A DNA stretch of 64,000 bases from Callorhinchus milii (taxonomy: Eukaryota), in NCBI RefSeq assembly GCF_018977255.1, contig NW_024704743.1, positions 60,886,001 through 60,950,000 of the forward strand, given 5' to 3'. Shown here in pieces: positions 25,491-38,280 of this stretch. A program made the translations under genes and the position numbers. Below the pieces are notes generated by a model. It was given only the letters and a program-made list of their open reading frames with translations. It did no database searches and was not told where the DNA came from. The first letter of the stretch is position 1. Each line of letters starts with the position of its first letter.

Positions 25491-26344
25491 AGTGCGTTTT
25501 ATACAAATATAATATTGTGGGCACTCAGGGATTATTAGGAAGAGTAATCCCTGAAGGTTGAAGCACTTAATAAATGATTACTGAGCGTGGAAAAACACTA
25601 ATTTAATTCATAGTTTGTTTACATACACTTGTGGTATAATAACATTTTTTAATTGAGCTCATAGGGCATATGCCTGGATTCTTGCTAGCTGAGAAGGGAC
25701 CACTCCAAACTGTTGTAGAATTTAAGATGGATTTTCTTTAACTGTTTGAGTACAGGGAAATAATTTACTCATTAGCAGCTTGATTTGCTGGGAAGGATGA
25801 GACCCATCAGTAGCAATTGATCTGGTTTAATTTACAACGGGACACTGTTATTGTTGCAGTATTAGCTTGTTACTGGCTGGAAAACAAATATTTTAGCCCA
25901 CACAAAAAAAAGTCTCACACCTCCAAAATAGAGACAGGGAGTTGCTGTTTCTCACTGCAGTCAGTGAATAATGCATTGTGAGACCACTTGACCCACTTTG
26001 TTGCCTTTCTCCATGACACTTTGACTCAGTGACTGACTATGTACATGTGGTAGGACTGTTTGTGCTCCTCTTCTGGTGGAGTTCCACTGATGAAAAGTGA
26101 GTGTGAACTTTCAAATTGATTTTTGGGAATCCTGGAGAGAACTCATGGATATCTCATTTACCTTCAAGTGGACCATTGGAAGATATGTGTCTTTGATATC
26201 AAGGATATGCTATTGACATTAATTACAAAGACATAGCTCTAGAGTCTTTCCCTTTGACCACTGCTGTCTGCATCTGTTTGCTAGTATTCTATCTCAGAAC
26301 CAATAACCTTTCATCAGATTAGAGAGCTTCCCACAAGGAAGACC

Positions 26345-26700
26345 AAAACCTTAGGCAAGTTTCCTTACTCCACACGCCTGTTAATCTAGCAGTAAGTAGG
26401 AACCCGGTTGTCAGTCGATTGCTGGATCGCTTTTCGGGGTTTCAATAAATAAATAAATAATAAATAAATAAAAAGTTCCTACTTACTTTCAAAAAATAAA
26501 CAAATAAATAAAATAATAATGTGGCTACTCAATCCATGACTCTTTGTGGGACACTGCTGTATGAAATTAGCTGCCGTGTTTCACCCACAAATACACAGTC
26601 AATTCACTTTACAATATATCCTGTGAAGTGCTTTGAGACGTCTCAACGGCATGATAAGGGATTACATTGAATGCAACGATTATTATTTTATTATTATTAC
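26345..26700 (+). mobile_element. SINE family A (5'-truncated) with an internal (AAAT)n expansion
   Basis: ggcaagtttccttactccacacgcctg..ctagcagtaagtaggaacc, then (aaat)n at ~26445-26520, then the shared tail. Confidence 0.82.
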
Positions 26701-28859
26701 ATCCATTCTCCAATATTATCTGACTACTTATTACTTATAGGCCCACTTTCATTATGAGTCAAAACATGTTGAAGCGATCCTCCTACATTGCCTTGTGACT
26801 GGATCCCGGGTACCTCCCTTGGACCTCTCCAATACTCCTCAAGAAATGGTAATGCCTGCGAACCATTAGCTTGAAGAGGTGTAGGTGGCGCTGTACTACA
26901 GTAATGCATAACCACTAGTGTAGTCATGGGACCATTACTATCCAGTGGGCTGAAATCCTGATTACCATCTAGTCTATCATAGTGTTCATTCACAAGTGAT
27001 ACATATTCAGTTCCATAAGTATGAAGACAAACATACTTTAGCTTCAATCATTTTACATAGAGTGATGAATATGTGGACAAAACTAGTTAGGGGAGCAGTT
27101 GGGGCAGAATCAAGTTCAAGAGGGAGTTCAAGAGGGAGTTAGATATTTATTTTGATTTCAAGATCCTCCCCAAATGGTAGTAAATCCATTCGACAACAGG
27201 AAATAATGTATTACGTTTATTTCTTCTGTTGCCAATCGCTATTCACCCAACTATAGTGTTAATCCCTAACCACCGCTTCTGGAGTAAATGAAACGCATCC
27301 TAGCATGCTCGATAAACCTTTTCCAGAAATCCCAATTCACCCACCCTTTACTCACAAGTCTTGTTATTTAGTTATGTACCAGGTCCATTGTGATACTTTA
27401 TTATGTGGAACATAAAGGCCTTGAGGATTGTGTAATTCTGCTCTGTTTGCTGGATGCAGTGAATATTTTGACTGGGGGATTGAATTGTTCTGCTCCATTC
27501 ACTACGTTTGGCATATTTGTCCTTCTGTATTTATAAGTAACAAATACAATTTGCTTTGCATATTTCAATTTTAGTTATAATTTTATGTGACAATTTAATG
27601 CAATATTGGGGAAATGCTACATGGCCGAAGGTGTCATCCTTTGGATGAGATGTTAAACTGGTTCAGGTGGATCATTATGACACCATTTAGAAAGAGAAGG
27701 TAACCAATAACCTTCCATCTTCCAGTGTCCTGGCCAACAATCCTTCAAACAATTGATAATTTACCTACAGAGCTGTTTCTGGAACGTTGGTGGGTGCAAA
27801 TTAGCTGCTGGTTTGCCTACAAATATACAGTCAGCATATAGAACAACAATCACTTCCTGAGCACTTTGAGATGCTTCTGTGGTATAGTCACAATATTAAA
27901 TGCATTGAGTATTATAATCAATAATTCTATAGTAACTTATAAATACACAGCAGCAAATTCTCTGAACTCGGTGAATGGAATAGAACAGGTCAGAGCTTCA
28001 GATTAATACATTTATTACATTTTCCAAATTTCCAAATGTAGCAGAAACACCTCAACAAGTGAGCTGATGCAGCAGTCACACTATGATGTATGATATACAA
28101 ACTATCTAGCAGTAACTCTGAATTCCTCCTTTAATTCTCACTTTAACTTCTATGCTGCATGACTTCTCTATTCAGGATACTAGAATACTAGATGTGGCAG
28201 TGTGTGCCTGAATACCCACTTTTTATATTATACATTTATCTTGTTAAAGCTAGTGACATAAGGGTCTATCATATAGGTATTTGTAACAGGAAATTCCATT
28301 GTAAAGGCAAAATGTTTGCTAATTTTAGCAAATATGCTAGGCACAAGAGTGTCACAAAAGTAAGGAGCACCACCATGTGGCATTTAGATGTTACTTTTTA
28401 CCCCTCCACCACAGTAATATATAGTAACCGTGAAATGTACCTGAGGAGTTACATCTTAATTTAAATTGACTTTGCATGACTAATTAAAAACAGAGTTCCT
28501 TGGTTTTATAGCTCTACAAGGTGCTCCTGGCATCGCCGGCCATCCATGTAATTGAAATCTAGTCCTGAGTGACCCATCTAGCCGCTATGGGTTCATGTAA
28601 TAAAGATTGATTCATCAATTCCAGGATCATCTTGTGTGATGTAGAATATTGCTGACGAGGTCCTATTAAATGAATCAGCTGCATGAATCATATTACAGAG
28701 TCTAATTTGCAATGTTTTCTAAAGGAATTTGTTAACATACTCCAAGCCCCAAATAGTAGTAGATCCATTCCACAGCAGGAATTAAAAAAAAACTAAATGA
28801 TGCTATTTTATAAGCTTAGCCCATCAGAATTCTTCCTTTTTTCCATAAAGTTTATTAAC

Positions 28860-29190
28860 TATGGATTTGTAGGAAAATGTGGCAGGTAATTTGTGCACAG
28901 TAATGCCCACAAACAGCCATGAAGTGAATCACCAATTTTATTTGGGGAATTGTTGGCCAGAACTTCAGGGAAAACAGCCTTCTCTATTTGAATATTGCCT
29001 GGGATCTTTAGTGTCCACCTCAACAAATAGACAGGACCTCTGACATCTCATGTAAAGGATTGCACTTGCAACAATGCAGCACTCTCCCAGGACTGTAATT
29101 AACATATCAGTCTAGACTATAAACCCCGATGTGGGGCTTGAACCCAAAACCTTCTGCCTCAGGGTTGAGATCTACAGACTCAGCCAGTAT
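28860..29190 (-). mobile_element. Deu-domain SINE (family B)
   Basis: Reverse complement of the head and Deu core. Confidence 0.75.
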
Positions 29191-29204
29191 TATTGGTAGT
29201 CTAC

Positions 29205-29545
29205 CAAGAACATAGGAAAATGGGAACAGGAGGAGGCCATTCAGATCATCAAGCCTGTTTCACCAGTATATTAGATCTTGGCAGATCTTTTAATCCCATT
29301 GGCCCACCCTTTCATCATACTCCTTAATAACTCTACACAATATCTGTCTATTTCTTCTTTAAAATATCCTATTGATTATGCCTCAACAGCTTTCTGGGAC
29401 AGAGCATTCCACATCTTCGCTTTCTACCTGTTTTTTTTTGTTCTCATTTTAAACTCCTGGCTCCTTGTGATGGTTCCCTCTAACAAAGGGAAAAGTGATT
29501 CACTAACTAGCCTGTAAATTCCTGTCATTATTTTAAATATCTCAA
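29205..29545 (-). mobile_element. CR1 3' end (old)
   Basis: aagaacatagga..caggaggaggccattcag..aagcctg..gcctcaacagctttctggg..agcattccaca. Confidence 0.75.
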
Positions 29546-29657
29546 CAAAATTTTGCAGATTGTTTCAGCTAGGATGTGCTTTTAAATTTCAACTTGCTAA
29601 TGTATCTTGAACTTCTTTTTACACTTGTTTTGAAATTTACTTTTCCATTTCTTCCAG

Positions 29658-29724
29658 CTGCTGGATTAGTGTTGAAACTCACCTGCTGTATATTGTACAT
29701 GCCCCAATAGTTGCTGCGCTCTTG
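29658..29724 (+). CDS. CALCR: CALCR exon (ECL2-TM5): NCWISVETHLLYIVHAPIVAALL
   Basis: ccatttcttccag acceptor and gtaagt donor. 67 bp. CWxSVETHLLY is CALCR-type. Confidence 0.96.
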
Positions 29725-29896
29725 GTAAGTCCTTCTGTTTCGTTCCAGTCACCAAATTGGCCAAAGTATGACTGTGGTGTTGGTTCTGAAAAGAGTGCCC
29801 CTAACCAGGGCCAGGTACCATTCATTGAAAGCACTTCACTATATCTACAAATTGATGTTATTGACCATTTTGATACACCACATTAATAAAGCAGCC

Positions 29897-30310
29897 TTAT
29901 AGAACTATTGAATCATACAAATGTACAGCACAGAAGAAGCCCATGCAACCCAAGATGTCTCTGATGGCTATCTTAAGAAAAATCCTTTCAGTCTCATTTA
30001 CTTGCCCTTTACCCATACCCTCTAGTTTACTGCTTTTCGAGTATCTATCTAGTCCCCTTTTGAATTCTAAAATGGATTCTGCTTCAACCACCACTAAATT
30101 TTATATCCTAAGTACTCAAACCATTCTATATCCTAAATACTCTCTGTGTGAAAACATTTCTCCTGACCTTCCGATTTGTTGATTTACTAACTATCTTAAA
30201 TTGATGCTATCTAGTTACTGGCTCACCGACCAGTGGACATAATATTTCACTATTGACATTATCAAAACACCTAATAATTTTGAAGTGCTGCATAAGTTCA
30301 CCCTCCAACA
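29897..30310 (-). mobile_element. CR1 3' end
   Basis: ORF 29897..30094 VVEAESILEFKRGLDRY. ttctgtgctgtac..tatgattc terminus on the minus strand. Confidence 0.8.
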
Positions 30311-30339
30311 GACTGAAAACAAGCAAATCTTCAAGAAAG

Positions 30340-30800
30340 GTGATAGTACCCTACCTGGCAACTAAAACCCACAAGCTTGATCTCATTAATTGGAAAAATT
30401 ATGGAATCAATCTTCAAAAAGAAAATGGAAGATTACTTGTATAAAAATAATCTAATATACGATAGGCAACATGACGACAGAAAGGATAGGTCTTGTCTGG
30501 CTAACCTAATAGAAAGTTTTGAAGAGGTGATAGGCAACTTGACTGTGGGTAGCTGTATGATTATTATCTAGACTTCCAAAAGGCATTTGGCAAAGTACCA
30601 CATGACAGACTCCTTCACAAACTGTGATCACTGGGTATAAAAGGGTAAGACATGGACATGAATTCAAAACTGGCCAAAGGGGGAAGGAAGCCGATGGTCT
30701 TTGTTAAGGGAGCTAGGTCAAAATGGGGGAGGTATTAAGGCAGGGTGTCTCTGGTGTCTGTACTGGAATTTTCCTGTTCTTCGTATATATTAATGATCTA
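30340..30800 (+). mobile_element. CR1 RT fragment
   Basis: GKIMESI..YLYKNNLI..RQH..RSCLANLIESFEEV..LDFQKAFGKVPHDRLL..YINDL. Confidence 0.85.
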
Positions 30801-31099
30801 ACTAATGAGGGGTGAGGCCAAACAGTCTACGTTATCCAAACTAATCTTGTGACCTTATGAATGGAACCGCCAATTTGTGCACAGAAATGTCACACAGACA
30901 GCTATAAAATGAATGACCAATTTTATTTGAAGGATTGTTGGCCCAGACACTGGGAGAAACTACACTCTCTCTTTTATCTTTTAATGTCCACCTTGCCCCG
31001 CAGACAGAACCTCAGTTTGAAGTCTTAACTGAAGGATGGTAGCTCGAACAGTGTAGTCCTCCTCCATCTTTTTTGATTTGAATTCTCAGTATATACTAT

Positions 31100-31340
31100 G
31101 AACCCGTTGTTAGTCGATTGGCAGATGGCTTTCCAGAGGTAATAATCCCTCAAAAATAAATCTGGTCACTCAATCCATGACTATTTGTGGGACATTACTG
31201 TGCGCAATTGGCTGCCGCATTTCACCCACAAAATACAGTCAATTCACTTTACAATATGTTCTGTGAAGCACTTTGAGACGTCTCAACGATGTAATAAGGC
31301 GCTATATCAAATGCAAGGATTATTATTTATTATTATTAGA
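31100..31340 (+). mobile_element. SINE family A 3' part, nested in a Deu-SINE (-)
   Basis: gttagtcgattggcagat..aaatgcaaggattattatttattatt. Minus-strand family B pieces lie on both sides (~30860-31060 and ~31338-31410). Confidence 0.75.
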
Positions 31341-31934
31341 CTATGGGCTCAAAGTTTTAATGTGTGGTTTGAACTCACCTCCATCTAAATCAGAGACCAG
31401 TGTGCAACCAACTACAGCAACAACAACAACATGCATTTGTATAGTATCTTTTATATCAGGAAGACGTCTCAAAGCACTGGGACAGGCTGACACCTATGTG
31501 TAAATGGTGTTCTATGCAGGGCTAACCAACCAAGTCTACAACTAGATTAGAAAGATGCCTGCAACGTCTTATCGATTTCACTAAAAAGGTTAGCAACATA
31601 AACTACTCTTGCATGTTACAAACCTGTTCTGTTCAATTTGCTAAATGTGGCAAATACTGCATATCAATGTGAAACTACAAATAGCTAGACAAAATATATC
31701 TTAAATATAATTTAAAACAGCAGTGCAATTATTTACAATTATAAAGTGACAAATTTGTTGTGTTTCAAGAAAGGAATAATTTTGTGAGAACACACAATCT
31801 GGAGCCCCTAACCCTTGGTTCTTGTCGACCTGCACCTGATACTCTCTGAAAGGTTAAGCAGAATGTGTCCCTCCGGGAGAGAGTGCCCATTCCATTCCAA
31901 ACACAGGAATTGCCAGGTGCCTGGAATTCTCAAT

Positions 31935-32284
31935 TAGATTTAATAGAGGTGTTCAAATTATTAATGGTTTTGATAAGAGCAAATAAGGAGAAACTGTTTC
32001 CACTGGTGGGTGGGTCGGTAACCACAGGCACAGATTCAAGATAACTGAGAGATAAGGGGAGATTGAGAGAATTTTTGCTCACTGTGAGTTGTTTACACCT
32101 GGAATGCAAGCAGATTCAATAATAACTTTCAAAGTAAATTGGATATTTACTTGATAAGAAAAAAATTGGCATGCTATGGAGAAAGAGCAGGGAAGTTGGA
32201 CTAATTGGATAGCTCTTTCAAAGTGCCCGCACAGGCACGAAGGGGCAAATGGTCTCCTTCTGTGCTGTAGGATTCTATGATTCT
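31935..32284 (+). mobile_element. CR1 3' end
   Basis: gatttaatagaggtgttcaaatta..tgtttccactgg..cttctgtgctgtaggattctatgattct. Confidence 0.82.
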
Positions 32285-32989
32285 TTAATTTGGATCACCA
32301 TGATTAAGCACGGTGATAGATTTCTGCATGTGTTAGATACCCAGCTGACAAAAAAAAACAGAATAATTGCTTTGTTCTGAAGTCTGGAGCCCTATTCTGT
32401 TTGTTGCTGTCTTTGCAACAAGCTATGTTGCCATTTCACTATAAAGGTGAATGTTGCTTTTCTGCTGATAGTGCAGCTTTATCTCATGGCTCAGCAGTCA
32501 GAGTTTTTTTACTCAAAGGCATTACTAGAAATGACTCCTTATTTCTCAGAAGTGGCATAATGATTTATAAATGTAGTAACAGTCCCCATGAGGTAAATAT
32601 GCCAGCCAATACTGATCGGTTACATAGCTAGGCACTCAGTGATAAAACTGCACATATGTCTACAGTAGTATTGCTGAATCTTAATAAATCTACTTAACTT
32701 GCCAAGACATTTCATGTTTCAGTCAGGCTTTCTGTAAACTGTGGATAAAAATAACGACTCGCACATGCTGCCTTTGGTCCAGCATCAATAATTGTATCTT
32801 TACTTTTCCCTTCTTCTCTGGAGCTCTCCATTTGCCTTGTTATCTCTATGCTGCCTTCTAAACCTCCTGAAAATATATCTTCAAATCACTTACTTCCCTG
32901 CTCAATCTCCACTAATATATTTCTCAAGAGCTCTGAGATGTTCTTTTCCGTGAAAGATGCCTAATAAATGCAAGAAGATAAGGTAGCAA

Positions 32990-33450
32990 CACAGGGCCAT
33001 AAAAGGGGCAATGGGGTATTGGGCTTCATATTGAGAGCGACAGAATATAAAAGAGAAGGTAATGTTAAATTTGTATAAAATCTTAGTTAGACTACATTTG
33101 GAGTAACGTGTCCAATTCTGGTCTCCACACTATAGCAGGAATGGAAAGAGTACAGGTTCACAAGAATGATACCTGGGAAGGCAGGTTATTGCTATCAGGA
33201 TAGACTGGATAGTTGGGCCTTTTTTTTGCTAGAGAAGACATTTGAGGTGGGGAACCTAATAGAGGTGTTTTAAATTATAAAAGGATTCAATATGGTTAAT
33301 ATAAATAGGCTGTTTTCACTGGCTTGGGAGTCTGCAATCAGGGAACATAAATATAAGATAGAGACTAGGAGATCAAAAAGATAATTTAGGAAGAACTACT
33401 TCACAGAGTGGGCAGTGAAGTTGTGGACTTGCTGCCCAAAACAGTGGTTA
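32990..33450 (+). mobile_element. CR1 ORF2 C-terminal fragment
   Basis: Decayed LYKxLVRxHLE..QFWSP..FTRMIPG..NLIEVFKIIKGF motifs. Confidence 0.8.
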
Positions 33451-34223
33451 TTCAGCTCTTTGCTGTGTGCAAATCGACTGATGCATTTGCCTGTAAATAT
33501 ACAGTTACTACACAAGAGTAATTGTTGTGAAGCACTTTGAGATATTTAAGCATTTTAAGTACTTTATCAAATGCAAAAAATATTATTTTATGTGTAACTA
33601 TCTTCCAGGAAAGGATGGAGTAAGTTGTGTCTCCTTAGAGCTGGTTCCAATGTGACATTTTGGCAAGTAATGTCAGAATTGAACCAACCCTTTGTCGATC
33701 TGGGTAGTCGAGTTTCTGAGCCAGGTGTGTTCGCAGTACTCCAGGGCACTACTGATGACAAACCTGCCAGCCTGGCTCATCAGCAGGACTTGAAGGGACA
33801 GAACAGTCATGGGGTGGCAATCTTCACATTGTCCTCCTGTTAATCCTGCAAGCCAGAGCCGTAGCACGTAGGGTAGTCCTAGCTAGACAAGCAAAAAAAC
33901 TTGCTAGACATTGCTTTCAATGGCAAACTATGTAATTTCAGCTGATTAAACTCCAGCAACACCCCCAATGTTCACTCCTTGGCTCTCATCAGCCTGCGAC
34001 TAATACTATCCAAATTTAGATAAGCAGGGTGCATCCATCCAGGGAGAGAAAGAAAAATGTGACGTTATTGTGTATTTAACAATGGGAAATGTGTAATATG
34101 TTTCATGATCTAGTGTGTCTCAATTTCTGTGGTGTTGAGATTTATTTCAGAAGCTCAGTTTGTTTTTACACTGGGTTCTCATTGTCTAACTGATGGAAAT
34201 CATGTTTTTATGGTCATTTACAG

Positions 34224-34442
34224 GTGAACTTGTTCTTCTTACTCAACATAGTGCGCGTCCTGGTCACAAAACTGAGAGATACTCACCGCACTGAATCCAA
34301 TATGTACATGAAAGCTGTCAGAGCAACTTTAATACTTGTGCCACTGCTAGGAATTCAATTTGTCATTATTCCTTGGAGACCTGAAAACCGACTTGCTGGA
34401 GAAATCTACGACTATATCATGCACATATTTGTTCATTACCAG
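34224..34442 (+). CDS. CALCR: CALCR exon (TM5-ICL3-TM6-ECL3-TM7): [73 protein letters not shown]
   Basis: ttacag acceptor and gtatga donor. 219 bp. Contains the PLLG TM6 motif; matches ORF 34224..34448. Confidence 0.97.
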
Positions 34443-36405
34443 GTATGACAAAGGATTGCTTGTCAAACAGATATTTTCAGTGTATTGTGAGTGATTTGCT
34501 CGAGGTTAAAGTGGAATAACTTAAATGGGGTGACACGAAGTTTACAGAACTTGGACGGGGAGATTATTTTGATGTCTGCTGGTCTGTAAATCAATGTGGG
34601 TGTAAGGTATAGGTTACAAGGAGAGTGATGGAAGCCAAGACACTGAAAAAAAAGCTTGATGCTGTAATGGGAAAATGGTATAGTTGATGTTCTGGAAATA
34701 TGAGACCCAATTTGCAGTAAAGCCTTCTTCATCCAAACTTCTCCTTTGATCTTGTGCCCTGAAAGTTTGCAATTTATAGAGTAGGCTATAACTCTCATTG
34801 TAATATTCCATTGCATTTGAATCCATCCCCAGTAGGAAAATCACCTTCTTTGCGATATAATTTCACACTGAGCAATCATGCAAAACTCCTTGACCTAGAC
34901 CTTATGCTCGACTAGCAACAATAAGTTATCGGCAATGGAATACCTTCCTGAGTACAGTATGCGTTTTCCAAGCACTGGCAGGAACTACCAGATTAATATA
35001 CTCAGACATGTTCTCCTAGTATTTAAGATAGAACTAAGGCTACCACTACTTAGAAGAGAGTAGAATATACACCCAAGTGATAAGGATAGCCCAGATTTTA
35101 ATGTGATGAATATTGTGATGTAAGGTTGCTTTGCAGGCTGATATTGCAGTGTTTACTGTGGAAACCACTGCATTGTCTCAAATGCTATCCTTTGGATGAG
35201 ATGATAAACCGAGGTCCCATCTGCTTGTTAAAGATCCCAACACATTCTTCCTGACCAATAATCTCCAGATAAACTGATTATTCATACTGAATTAATTGCT
35301 ATCAACATCTCCAGTATTGCAGCATGTGGTTACCAGGATGGTAAAAATCAGACTAGATGGACCTTGGTCTTTTTCGTCAAGCAAATCCTTTGTTCTTATT
35401 TTCCTATCATTCACTTCACAGCTGTTTGTGGGTTATTGACATGCGCAAATTCCTCCTCATTGACAATGCAGCACCAAATTTTCACTTTTTAGATCATCTT
35501 TCTACAAGCACAGTTTGAACTCACAGATTTTGTGCTGTCATGTTCGGGAGAGGACTACTTCTCTGCCCTTCAGGAATTGGAGCTCTTTCAAATCATAATA
35601 ATAATCTTTGTACTTGATACAGTGCTTTTCACGTCTTCTAGACGTGTCAAAGAGCCTCACAGAATATACTGTAAAGTGAATAAGCAGGCATATATGGCTC
35701 CAACCTCACCTGATTTACACCTGTAAATAAAAAAATATATTTTTTTGTCATAAAATGTACTGCTGGCAAACTGATCAATTCAGTTTTAATCTGGAATCTG
35801 TTTTCATCAGTTCTTAAAAGGAACCTCCTTCCAGATTAAGACTGATGTAAGATGTTTCCACAATTCTGAGAGAACTTACATTTTAAAACCAAATGTGTCT
35901 TACCTGGTTCTGTTCCAGTATTGGCAATTCTATATACTCTGAAACTAGAGTAATTCTAGACCCAGATGGTATTTGCACCAATTTAATCCTTATATGACTT
36001 TTTATCATGGGTACTAAGAGAAGAGCAGTACTAAGGTACTGCTGGTTAAAAAGTATCCAATATAATAAGAAGAATCCTTGCATTTGATATAGAGCGCCTT
36101 ATCACGTCTTTAAGATGTCTAAAAGCAATCAACTAACAAGTGAGAGTCTACAATTCTGGATTTATAAAGAGAGATCCTGTCTGATCAGTTATGGCCAACT
36201 ATTTTGAGGAAATGATTGAATGTATGAATAAAGGGAACATCGTGGATGTTATGTGTAACATGTTGATAGATATGTGTTGGGAGGGTATGCATTTTACCCT
36301 CACAAATGTAATTGGTGGACCAGTTGTTCTCTCACTCTTCTTAAGCCGCCAGTTATGCTTGTTCTGCATTTAAATTTATGCAAGTGCTGTTTTTCTTTTC
36401 CACAG

Positions 36406-36447
36406 GGCTTATTGGTGGCCACCATATTCTGTTACTTTAATGGAGAG
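36406..36447 (+). CDS. CALCR: CALCR exon (TM7 end): GLLVATIFCYFNGE
   Basis: ttttcttttccacag acceptor and gtaagt donor. 42 bp, the short TM7 exon typical of class B GPCRs. Confidence 0.96.
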
Positions 36448-38058
36448 GTAAGTTCATAAAGACTATCCATCAAATTTTATATAAAAACTAGTCACTACAC
36501 TTTACATAAATCCTATGAAACACTTTGAAATGTCCTCCTAACTTGAAAAGCACTATATCAAATGTAAGTGTTTTTATTTACCCAAGGCATAACTAATTCT
36601 GTGTTGATAGTCATTGCAATGTGTACCATGCCATTGCTGTTAATTTAATGTGTAATAACAGATTTCTGTAATAAATTCAAGAAAGTAGATCAGCAGCAGG
36701 GAACTCCCACATACGTCATTTCCAACTCATGAAAACTCAGCTCTGAGGCAATTTCAAGCAGATAAACAGTGCTAGGAAAATGAGAAAGGGCTGCCTGGAG
36801 AGTGCGTAAAGCCTGCTTACAGAATAGAAGAGTGCAATTTGGAGAGGAGTTGTTGGTGAATTGATGAGCATTGTTGATAAATGTGTCCTTGGAGAAAGAG
36901 TCAGAGCTTGTTGGGATAAAGGATGCTGGTAAAGGATGAGTTCCTTGGAGAATAACCCTGCGTGGAAAAGGCATTAGCTCTTCTCGAACAAATAGTTTTT
37001 TTAAATCTGCCAATAAATCATTCTTGCTTGGAACTAAAAATATGTGTTGGATTTAAAAACTATTAAATATATTGCTGAGCGACTAGAAAAATCATTATTG
37101 CTTATAGGTAACGCATTTCATTGGTCTCTATGGCAAAGGTACTCTTACTTAAAGAAAAAGCAATGATTATTTGTCAAAATGACCATTATTAAACAGAATA
37201 TCATGTATAATTAACTGTAATGTTCAAATAGAATATACCAAAATATATATTTCAGATACCAGTCTGGTCGACCAGTGCTTAAGGCTTGATTAATGTAGTT
37301 GCCTTGTCATTACACTGACCTATTGATACTATTAAAATTTTGAAAAGGGGGCCACTCTTGTACAATATTTGCCAGTATTTCATTAGAGTTTCACTCTATT
37401 CATTATTAGTAATATCGTGTTGTGGATTTCTGCCTGTTTAGAAACAGAGGGTAAGATTGTTACTGAATGGGAACAATTGGCTTCAGGACGCTACCCTACG
37501 TGAAGGGCGCTATATAAATGCAAGTTATTGTTGTTGGGTGCATGCTTAAAATAGAAAATCACCAAGGTTATTACATTATCACCACCAGAGGGAAATAATA
37601 CAAAGATTGGAGACAGTCCAAACTCATCTTTTTTGTGTGAATTGTGAAAAATGATTATTGGTGCCTGTTTTCACCTGCTCAGAAAATTCAATTTATACAA
37701 TGAAAGTTACATTTATAGAGCGCCTTCCACGTCAGGAGGGTAGCCAAATTGAAGAAGACCTGTTCATAAGATTTGTTCTCCTTTAGTGAGGGTGGGGTGC
37801 AGCTGCAATTCTTTCTGGGAGATTTGTTTTAGGCCTTGATCACCAGATACCATCTTAAAATTCCTCATGCCTCTAAGTGTAATGATATTCTGATCACGAC
37901 TTGTCATTCTTTGAGGCACTATGCAACTGGCAGCAGAATGTGTCACCTAGGCTTTTTAAAAACACTAACCCTCCTCTCAATAATGTGACACTAAGATAAG
38001 ACGTGATAAGATAGAGCTTGTACTGTGAAATATAATGTATTCTTCTTTCAACTTTCAG

Positions 38059-38280
38059 GTACAGTCAGCTCTCAAGAGGCAGTGGATGCAATATAAAATG
38101 CAGTTGGGGCAGCGCAGGCGAGATCACTGCTCCATGCGCTCTACCTCGTACACAGCAACATCCATCACCGAGGTCCCTGTTTATCTGTACCATCAAGACA
38201 GCAACAGCGAACATTTAAATGGCAAGTACGTGGAGGATGCGGAAATCATTTCCCTGCGATCAAAAGAGACGTACGCTTGA
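38059..38280 (+). CDS. CALCR: CALCR terminal coding exon (helix 8 and C-tail): VQSALKRQWMQYKMQLGQRRRDHCSMRSTSYTATSITEV...AEIISLRSKETYA*
   Basis: ctttcaactttcag acceptor and TGA at 38278-38280. KRQWxQYK and GQRRRxHCSMRSTSYTATSITEVP resemble fish calcr as I recall it; orthology versus CALCRL needs a tree. Confidence 0.93.
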   Translation, partial: VQSALKRQWMQYKMQLGQRRRDHCSMRSTSYTATSITEVPVYLYHQDSNSEHLNGKYVEDAEIISLRSKETYA

